Shown: one piece after another, positions 57,170 through 64,000 of the stretch
Layout of the letters: each line of letters begins with the position of its first letter
How positions within the stretch are numbered: the stretch's first letter is position 1
Source: Acidobacteriota bacterium
GTDB taxonomy: Bacteria; Acidobacteriota; Thermoanaerobaculia; Gp7-AA8
DNA length: 64,000 nucleotides
Assembly (NCBI GenBank): GCA_019244185.1
Contig: JAFATB010000022.1
Span: 384,001 to 448,000 of the forward strand
Direction: 5' to 3'
Made by a program: the position numbers and the translations under genes
Notes under the pieces: generated by a model
The model's input: only the letters and a program-made list of their open reading frames with translations
Told to the model about the DNA's origin: nothing
The model's database searches: none

Positions 57170-58632
57170 AGCGCGCGCTGCTCGCATTACTGTTCGCGCT
57201 GCCTTTGGTCGCGCAGGAACCGACCGCGACGACGGCGGACACGTATCCCGCGACGCCGCCCGCGCCGCTCGCGCCGCGTGAGGCGACGATCCCGCAGCCG
57301 TCGGAGAAGACGCTCGCGAACGGCCTGCGCGTCATCGTCGTCGAGAAGCATAGCCTCCCGCTCGTCGCGGCGCGGCTGCTCGTGAAGACCGGCGGCGCGG
57401 CCGATCCGGCCTCGCGCGCGGGACTCGCGTCGCTCACCGCCGGCGTGCTGACGAAAGGTACGAAGACGCGCAGTGCCGAGGAGATCGCGCGCGGCGTCGA
57501 ATCCCTCGGCGCGACGCTGGAGAGCGACGCGACGTGGGACAGCTCGCTGATCGACGTCTCGATGATGGCGCCGAATCTTGCGAAGACGATGGAGTACGTC
57601 GCCGACGTCGCGCGCAACGCCACGTTCGCGAAGGACGAGCTCGAGCGCGAGCGCGCGCAAGCCATCGACTCGCTGCAGGTCGAGCTGAGCGAGCCGCGCA
57701 CAGTCGCGAACATCGTCGCGTCGCGGCTCGTCTTCGGCACGTCGGCGTACGGACACAACCTCTCCGGCACGCCCGCGTCGCTCGGCCGCATCACGCGCGA
57801 CGATCTCGTGCAGTTCCACAAGCACTACTACCGCCCCGACAACGCGGTGCTGCTCTTCGCCGGCGACGTGCGTCCCAGCGACGCGTTCGCGCTCGCGGAG
57901 AAGCTCTTCGGGTCTTGGTCGCGCGGCAGCGGCGCGCCTCCGTCCGCGGCGACGAAGTTTGCGCCGCAGGCGCCGCGCGCGGTCGTCATCGACATGCCGG
58001 CTGCCGGCCAGGCGGCGGTCGTGCTCGCGCGTCCCGGCATTCGCCGCGTCGATCCGCAGTACATGCCCGCCGCGGTGCTGAACTCGATCCTCGGCGGCGG
58101 CTTCTCTTCACGGCTGAATCAGGAGATCCGCATCAAGCGCGGTCTCAGCTACGGCGCGGGCAGCTCGTTCGAAGCGCGCGCCGACGTGGGACCGTTCACC
58201 GCGCGCGCGGAGACGAAGAACGAATCCGCGGCGGAAGTGGCGGGACTCATCGGCGGCGAGCTGTCTCGGCTCGCGACGACGGACGTCGAGGCGGGCGAGC
58301 TCACGCCGCGCAAGGCCGCGCTCATCGGCGACTTCGCGGAATCGCTGGAGACGACGCGCGGCCTCGTGAACCGGCTCGGCGCGCTTGCGCGCTACGGCCT
58401 GCCGCTCGCGGATATCAACCGATACATCGGCGGCGTGCAGGCGGTGACGGCGCAGGACGTGCGCAAGTTCGCGAATGCGAGTCTGGCCGGATCGTCGACG
58501 CTGGTGATCGTCGGCGACGCGAAACAGTTCATCGAGCCGCTGCGCGCGCAGACGAAGGACGTCGAGGTGATTCCGCTCGCCGAGCTCGATCTCGACTCGC
58601 CGACGTTGCGGGTGCGCAAGAAGAAGGATTGA
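57166..58632 (+). CDS. M16 peptidase, non-catalytic partner subunit
   Basis: No HxxEH; SRLNQEIRIKRGLSY R/Y motif; ATGA overlap. Confidence 0.92.
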   Translation: MKRALLALLFALPLVAQEPTATTADTYPATPPAPLAPREATIPQPSEKTLANGLRVIVVEKHSLPLVAARLLVKTGGAADPASRAGLASLTAGVLTKGTKTRSAEEIARGVESLGATLESDATWDSSLIDVSMMAPNLAKTMEYVADVARNATFAKDELERERAQAIDSLQVELSEPRTVANIVASRLVFGTSAYGHNLSGTPASLGRITRDDLVQFHKHYYRPDNAVLLFAGDVRPSDAFALAEKLFGSWSRGSGAPPSAATKFAPQAPRAVVIDMPAAGQAAVVLARPGIRRVDPQYMPAAVLNSILGGGFSSRLNQEIRIKRGLSYGAGSSFEARADVGPFTARAETKNESAAEVAGLIGGELSRLATTDVEAGELTPRKAALIGDFAESLETTRGLVNRLGALARYGLPLADINRYIGGVQAVTAQDVRKFANASLAGSSTLVIVGDAKQFIEPLRAQTKDVEVIPLAELDLDSPTLRVRKKKD

Positions 58633-58642
58633 TATGCAAGCA

Positions 58643-58677
58643 AAAAGGGCGGGCCTCGCGCCCGCCCTTTTCGTTTT
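58643..58677. terminator. Bidirectional intrinsic terminator
   Basis: AAAAGGGCGGGC-CTCGC-GCCCGCCCTTTT between convergent genes. Confidence 0.85.
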
Positions 58678-58692
58678 GCATCGCGTTTTGCG

Positions 58693-61600
58693 TCAGGGCT
58701 GAATGGGCTCGTAGTCCGGCAGCAGCACGACGTTCTGCTTGCGCACCGCGTCGCGGAACTGCGCGACGTCGGACGCGTACAGCTGGTTCAGATCGGCGAG
58801 CACGCTGCGCAGCAGCAGCTCCGCGTTCGCGAGATACGTCAGCTGCGCGGGCGTCGGCGCGTCCCACGACGACTGCATGGCGTTGATCGGATAGCCGATG
58901 CGGGACAGCACGTCGTTCTCGGCGACGAGGCCTTTCGTCTTCGGCGGCGTCCAGAGGCGGCGTTCGATGGCGTCGAGCTTCGCCTTCAGTTCCGTGGCCT
59001 GCTTCGTCAGCGGATCGGGCGGCGCGTTCGTCGCGGCGGCGTCGCGGTCGTCGTCCTTCTTCAGCTTCGCCGTGATCGCATCGAGATCGGCGCGCGTCTT
59101 CTGGATGCGCTCGACCGCGGCGGTCGCGGTTTCCTGCAGCGCGCCAGCGCGCACGATCGCGTCGTACTTTGCCTGCCGCACCGACTGCGCGATCGTCTCG
59201 CGCGGATCGGCGACGACGGTCACCTGCTGCTTCGCCTCGTTGCCGCGGAAGCGGATCGTGACGGTGTAGACGCCCGGCACGACTTCCGGACCTCCGCGCC
59301 GGCGGAACGATTCTTCTTCGCCCTCGCCGCGCTTCGGCTGCTTGAAGGCGTCGCGCGTGAGATCCCACGACGCGCGGTTCACGCCGAGGATCGCGGGACC
59401 TTTGAACTTGCGAATGACCTTGCCGGCGGCGTCGGCGACTTCGATGTCGACTTGCGGCGGCTTGTCGTCGCCGGCGCGTGTCGCCTGCGTTTGGCCTTGC
59501 GGCTTCTGCGCTTCCTTCTGTTCCTGCTTCGCCTTCTGCGCCTCCGGCTCCTTCGGCACGTCGCTCACGACCTGCGGCACGCCTTCGTCGGTCACGATCG
59601 CCTGCCGCGCGGCGTCGCGTTCCTTCTCCTTGCGCTCGCGTTCGCGTTCTTCCGTCGGATGCGGGATGCCGGCGACGTTGAGCGAGTAGGTGAGGAGCGC
59701 GCCGTACGGCTCGTTCTCGCCGCGGAATTCGGAGTCGCCGACGAAGCGCGAGCCTTCCTTCTGCCGCACGGTGTACTGCTGCGCGTCGGGCACGCTGAAG
59801 AAGTGCAGCGGCTCGGCGAGCACGGCTTTCGACATCGTGCGCAGCGGGCGGATGTCGTCGAGGATGTACGCGGCGCGCCCGTGCGTGGCGATGGCGAGAT
59901 CGTGATCGCGCGGATGGATCTTCAGTCCCTGCACGGACACCGTCGGGAAGCCGTGCTTCCACTTCGACCACGACTTGCCGCCGTCGAGGCTCGTCCAGAG
60001 ACCGAACTCCGTGCCGAGGAAGAGGAGATCGGCGTCGACCGGATCCTGTTCGATCGAGAGCGCGTAGCCCCAGAGGTCTTTCGTCGCCAGCGACGTCCAC
60101 GTCTTGCCGTAGTCGTTCGTGCGGAAGACGTACGGCGTCCAGTTCGAGCGGCGGTGATCGTCGAGGACGATGAACGCGGTGCCGGCGTCGTACGTCGAGG
60201 CCTTGATCTCCGGCACCCACGTGTTCGCGGGAACGCCTTTGAGATTCGCCTCGACGCTCGTCCAGTGCGCGCCGCCGTCGCGCGTCACCTGCACGCGGCC
60301 GTCGTCGGTGCCGGCCCAGACGACGTTGCGGTCGACGGGACTCGGCGCGAGCGCGATGATCGTCGTGAAGTTCTCCGCGCCGCTCGCGTCGAGCGTGAGG
60401 CCGCCGCTCTTGTCCTGCTGCTGCCACTCCTTGCGATTCGTCGTGAGATCGGGGCTGATCGTCTTCCACGTCTCGCCGCGATCGCTCGAGTGATGCACGT
60501 ACTGGCTGCCGAAGTAGACGCCGTTCGGATCGAACGGATCGACGGCGATGGCGGCGTTCCAGTTGAAGCGGATGGGCGTGTTCGGATCGAGTGGCGCGGG
60601 GCGGATGTCCTTCCGCTCGCCGGTGCGCAGGTTCCAGCGGACGATGTGCCCTTCCTGGCTCATCGCGTAGCCGACCATCGGATCGGTGGGAATCGGCGCG
60701 GTGCCGAAGCCGTCGCCGAACCCGATCTCCTGCCAGTCCCAGTTGCGCACGCCGGCGGTCTCCCACGTCGTGTTCGGCCCTTTCCACGAGCCGTTGTCCT
60801 GCATGCCGCCGTAGATGTTGTACGGCATCTCGTTGTCGACGGCGATGTGGTAGTACTGGCCGAGCGGCAGCGACGCGACGAAGCGCCAGCTCGTGCCACG
60901 GTCGCGCGATTCCGAGACGCCGCCGTCGTTGCCTTCGAGGATGTGGCCGCCGTCGTTCGGATCGATCCACATCGCGTGATGGTCGGGATGCACTTTCGAG
61001 TACGGCACGAGCGTCTTGAACGTGCGCCCGCCGTCGTTCGACACGCTGATCACCGAGTAGATGTTGTAGACGCGATTCGCGTCCTGCGGATCGACGCGGA
61101 GAAACGTGTAGTAGAACGGGCGATTGGCGATGTCGGTCTCCGTGTTGACCGCGGTCCATTTGCGACCGCCATCGTCGGAGCGCAGCAGCGCGCTCTTGTC
61201 GGCTTCGACGAGCGCGTAGACGATGCTCGGGTTCGAGCGCGCGATGGCGACGCCGATGCGCCCCAGCACACCTTTCGGCATGCCGTCGTCTTCGGTATAG
61301 CGCTTCCACGTTTCGCCGCCGTCGTACGAGACGTAGAGTCCCGAGCCGGGGCCGCCGGAGTTGAAGTACCACGGCCAGCGCCGGTACTCCCACATCGACG
61401 CGAAGAGCTTGTTCGGATTCGACGGATCGATGACCAGATCGGCGGCGCCGGTGCGGTCGTTCACGAAGAGCACTTTGCGCCAGCTCTTGCCGCCGTCGAC
61501 GGTCTTGAAGACGCCGCGGTCGGCGTTCGGCGACCACTCCTGGCCGAGCGCGGCGACCCAGGCGACGTTTGGATCGCGCGGATGCACGACGATGCGCGGA

Positions 61601-62037
61601 ATGCGCTCGGTCTTGTCGAGGCCGAGGTGCTGCCAGGTCTTGCCGCCGTCGAGCGTCCGGTAGACGCCGTTGCCGACGGAGACGGAGTTGCGCACGTTGC
61701 CTTCGCCGGTACCGACCCACACGATGTCGGGACTCGGCTGGAAGATGGCGATGGCGCCGATGGCGGCGACCGGCTGGTCGTCGAAGATGGGCGTGAAGCT
61801 CAGCGCGGCGTTCGTCGACTTCCAGAGGCCGCCGGTGGCGGCGCCGACGTAGACGATGTTCGGATTCGACTCGACCGCTTCGATCGCGGCGACGCGTCCG
61901 CTCATCGCGGCCGGACCGATCGAGCGCGCCTTCATGCCGGCGAGCAGCTCGGGATCGACCTGCGCGTGAAGAACGACGGGGAGAAGGAGAAGATGAAGGA
62001 GGGAGAGGAGGAGAACGGCAGTTCGACTCTTCTGCAT
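58693..62037 (-). CDS. VPS10/BNR (Asp-box) repeat beta-propeller protein
   Basis: Signal peptide; many SxDGGxTW repeats; RSIGPAAMSGR; YGGMQDNGSW. Confidence 0.9.
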   Translation of the reverse strand: MQKSRTAVLLLSLLHLLLLPVVLHAQVDPELLAGMKARSIGPAAMSGRVAAIEAVESNPNIVYVGAATGGLWKSTNAALSFTPIFDDQPVAAIGAIAIFQPSPDIVWVGTGEGNVRNSVSVGNGVYRTLDGGKTWQHLGLDKTERIPRIVVHPRDPNVAWVAALGQEWSPNADRGVFKTVDGGKSWRKVLFVNDRTGAADLVIDPSNPNKLFASMWEYRRWPWYFNSGGPGSGLYVSYDGGETWKRYTEDDGMPKGVLGRIGVAIARSNPSIVYALVEADKSALLRSDDGGRKWTAVNTETDIANRPFYYTFLRVDPQDANRVYNIYSVISVSNDGGRTFKTLVPYSKVHPDHHAMWIDPNDGGHILEGNDGGVSESRDRGTSWRFVASLPLGQYYHIAVDNEMPYNIYGGMQDNGSWKGPNTTWETAGVRNWDWQEIGFGDGFGTAPIPTDPMVGYAMSQEGHIVRWNLRTGERKDIRPAPLDPNTPIRFNWNAAIAVDPFDPNGVYFGSQYVHHSSDRGETWKTISPDLTTNRKEWQQQDKSGGLTLDASGAENFTTIIALAPSPVDRNVVWAGTDDGRVQVTRDGGAHWTSVEANLKGVPANTWVPEIKASTYDAGTAFIVLDDHRRSNWTPYVFRTNDYGKTWTSLATKDLWGYALSIEQDPVDADLLFLGTEFGLWTSLDGGKSWSKWKHGFPTVSVQGLKIHPRDHDLAIATHGRAAYILDDIRPLRTMSKAVLAEPLHFFSVPDAQQYTVRQKEGSRFVGDSEFRGENEPYGALLTYSLNVAGIPHPTEERERERKEKERDAARQAIVTDEGVPQVVSDVPKEPEAQKAKQEQKEAQKPQGQTQATRAGDDKPPQVDIEVADAAGKVIRKFKGPAILGVNRASWDLTRDAFKQPKRGEGEEESFRRRGGPEVVPGVYTVTIRFRGNEAKQQVTVVADPRETIAQSVRQAKYDAIVRAGALQETATAAVERIQKTRADLDAITAKLKKDDDRDAAATNAPPDPLTKQATELKAKLDAIERRLWTPPKTKGLVAENDVLSRIGYPINAMQSSWDAPTPAQLTYLANAELLLRSVLADLNQLYASDVAQFRDAVRKQNVVLLPDYEPIQP

Positions 62038-62080
62038 GGAGGCGGATTCTACTCGCGCGCCTCCTCCGCTCCCGGGTGTT

Positions 62081-62332
62081 CTACAGCAGCGGCTGAGGCT
62101 GCGTGCGACCGTGAAGGTGACGCTGCACTTTCTTCACTTCCCACGTGACGACGCCCGTGCCGATGCCGAGGAGAATCGTGCCGACGGCGAGCTTCACGAG
62201 GCCGCTGGCCGCCTTCGCCGCGAGTCCGAAGACCCACGCGCCGATGACGAGCGCGGCAACCGAGAGAATGCCCGCGCGCACGGCAACGCCTTTTGCCGTA
62301 TCGCGAAGAGAGAGTTCATGAGGTTCGTTCAT
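62081..62332 (-). CDS. Small membrane protein
   Basis: 83 aa with two hydrophobic segments. Confidence 0.6.
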   Translation of the reverse strand: MNEPHELSLRDTAKGVAVRAGILSVAALVIGAWVFGLAAKAASGLVKLAVGTILLGIGTGVVTWEVKKVQRHLHGRTQPQPLL

Positions 62333-62368
62333 GCGAACGAGTAGGGCAAACAGCGCGCCGGTTTGATG

Positions 62369-63130
62369 TCAACCGCCGAGCTTCGTCAGCACGAATGCCA
62401 CCAGAAAGCCAACCACGCTGATGATCCCCGTGAAGTCGTGCGCGACCTCGAACGCCTCGGGGATCATCGTATCGGACAGCATCGTCAGGATCGCGCCGGC
62501 CGCGGTCGCCGTCGTCGCCGCGATGACGTTCGCGCTCGCGTGGGCGAAGACGAGGTAGCCGAGGAGCGCGGCGAAGCCGCTGATGAGCGCGATGCCGCCC
62601 CAGACCGAGAAGACGTAGCGCGCGCTGCGATGCGCCGTGCGCATGCCGGCCGAGCTCGAGAGTCCTTCCGGAACGTTGGAGAGAAAAACCGCGACCACGG
62701 CGACGAGACTGACCTTTCCGCCGCCGAGGAGCGAGACGCCGATGACGATCGACTCGGGGATGCCGTCGAGGAGCGCGCCGACCGCGATGGCGAGCCCGCT
62801 GCCCGGATGGTCGCTCTCGGTCGGCTGCCGGTCGCCGGAACGCTTGCGGTGCTTCGCGCCGCGATGCACGCGCGTGAGCAGCAGGTTCGCCGCCGTGTAG
62901 ACGATCGAGCCGCCGATGAACCCCGCGGCCGCGGAGACGAAGCCGCCGCGGTGATACGCCTCGTCCATCAGATCGAACGCGAGCGCGGAGATCAGCACGC
63001 CCGCGCCGAAGGCCATGATCGCCGCGACGAGCCGCTGCGGCACCCGCGTGAAGTAGCCGACGCCGGCGCCGAGCAGCAACGCCGAGCCTGCGAGGAGACC
63101 CCAGAATCCGGCGACGAGGGATTGCGGCAT
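62369..63130 (-). CDS. ZIP-family metal transporter
   Basis: LDGIPES, SNVPEG, MIPEAF; multiple TM segments. Confidence 0.88.
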   Translation of the reverse strand: MPQSLVAGFWGLLAGSALLLGAGVGYFTRVPQRLVAAIMAFGAGVLISALAFDLMDEAYHRGGFVSAAAGFIGGSIVYTAANLLLTRVHRGAKHRKRSGDRQPTESDHPGSGLAIAVGALLDGIPESIVIGVSLLGGGKVSLVAVVAVFLSNVPEGLSSSAGMRTAHRSARYVFSVWGGIALISGFAALLGYLVFAHASANVIAATTATAAGAILTMLSDTMIPEAFEVAHDFTGIISVVGFLVAFVLTKLGG

Positions 63131-63177
63131 CGTCGCGAGAGCATACCGCCTGCTACTCTCTCCCTCGGAGGGATTGA

Positions 63178-63942
63178 ATGACCGTTGCCGTCGTGGTGAT
63201 CATCGTCGTTGCCGTCATCGCCGTCGTTGCGATCGCGTATGCCGCGAGCCGTGGCGGCGGAATCTCGCATGACGCGGGGATCCGCTTCACGTCGGTGGCG
63301 TCGTCGACGCCCGTGCTCGCGCTGACCGTGCCGAAGCCGGCCGATGTGGGGCAGTGGGGGAGCTACGTCGTCGTCATCGCGGCGAGCGCGCCGGGAACGA
63401 ACATCGCGCCGCCGATGGCACCGACCGGCTGGACGCTCGTGCGCTCGACCGTCGCCGCCGGCAACGGCTTCCGCGTCGACACCTTCACCGCACTCGGCAA
63501 CGACGTCAGCAACGCCAGTCCGTTCCGCTTCTCGCTCAACGGCAGCGGGCCGGCCACGACCGGCGGCATCGCGCCGGTGATGGCGAGCGCGTCGATCGTC
63601 TGGATAAAAAACGGCGGCGACGTGCGCGGCAGCGCGGACAGTCCGTCGAGCCTCGCCGCGCCGGCGCTCCCGAGCGCGGAGACGAGCTATCTGCTGCGCG
63701 TCTTCGGCGGACAGACGTTCGCGGCGATCTCGATTCCGACCGTTCCGGCGCCGGGGCCGCAGCATTGGGTGCTGACGAATCCGAAAGCGGGAGACGAACA
63801 GGACGGCCACACGCACGTCGTCGTGCTCGACACCGTGTCCGCGTCGCCGTCGAATCCGCCGCTCACCGCGACGCGGCCCGCGAGCGCGTCCGGCTCGACG
63901 GTCGCGCAATCGGTGCTCGTGCAGATCTTCGAGTACCTGTAG
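63178..63942 (+). CDS. Membrane-anchored hypothetical protein
   Basis: GGAGG SD; N-terminal TM; beta-rich body with PTGWTLV. Confidence 0.65.
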   Translation: MTVAVVVIIVVAVIAVVAIAYAASRGGGISHDAGIRFTSVASSTPVLALTVPKPADVGQWGSYVVVIAASAPGTNIAPPMAPTGWTLVRSTVAAGNGFRVDTFTALGNDVSNASPFRFSLNGSGPATTGGIAPVMASASIVWIKNGGDVRGSADSPSSLAAPALPSAETSYLLRVFGGQTFAAISIPTVPAPGPQHWVLTNPKAGDEQDGHTHVVVLDTVSASPSNPPLTATRPASASGSTVAQSVLVQIFEYL

Positions 63943-64000
63943 CGCGCGCGACGCGCGTCACGCCGTCTGCCGCTGCATCGTCTGGTGCATCACGCTGCCG

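Noticed and set aside
2255-62148. Very long antisense or alternate-frame ORFs (e.g. 2255..4219 +, 34039..36573 +, 46266..48479 -, 58529..61720 -, 59452..62148 +)
   Set aside because: Shadow ORFs expected at high GC; they overlap motif-supported genes and give Arg/Ala-rich sequence without motifs.

Overview
GC-rich bacterial chromosome segment. Gene content and a characteristic secreted-protein C-terminal domain suggest Acidobacteriota (Thermoanaerobaculia-like); this is inference only. It carries pheT-pheS, lysS, hisS with a tRNA-His, a desulfurase-like/rhodanese/archease/RtcB operon, a MacAB-type exporter with a LytS/LytTR pair, two DUF5916-like outer-membrane proteins, many secreted peptidases, a degraded RHS toxin/immunity tail at the left end and a frameshifted FIST/kinase cluster. 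Four observations stand out. (1) The tRNA-His(GUG) gene has no encoded G-1, has G1:U72 and A73, and sits directly upstream of a HisRS that looks like the Caulobacter/Rhizobiales type, which is translationally coupled to a histidine ammonia-lyase: a candidate co-transferred non-canonical tRNA/synthetase pair outside Alphaproteobacteria. (2) The ORF track truncates a likely selenoprotein: a membrane-anchored rhodanese with an in-frame TGA in a CxU motif plus a SECIS-like hairpin, inside the archease-RtcB operon. (3) PheRS has substitutions in normally near-invariant motifs and is transcribed divergently from an 890-aa, lower-GC group II PLP decarboxylase. (4) Many genes look leaderless, and LytTR-type repeats and ECF-type promoters are readable. 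No CRISPR array, rRNA, integrase or transposase was seen. All family calls come from motif recognition by eye, without database searches.
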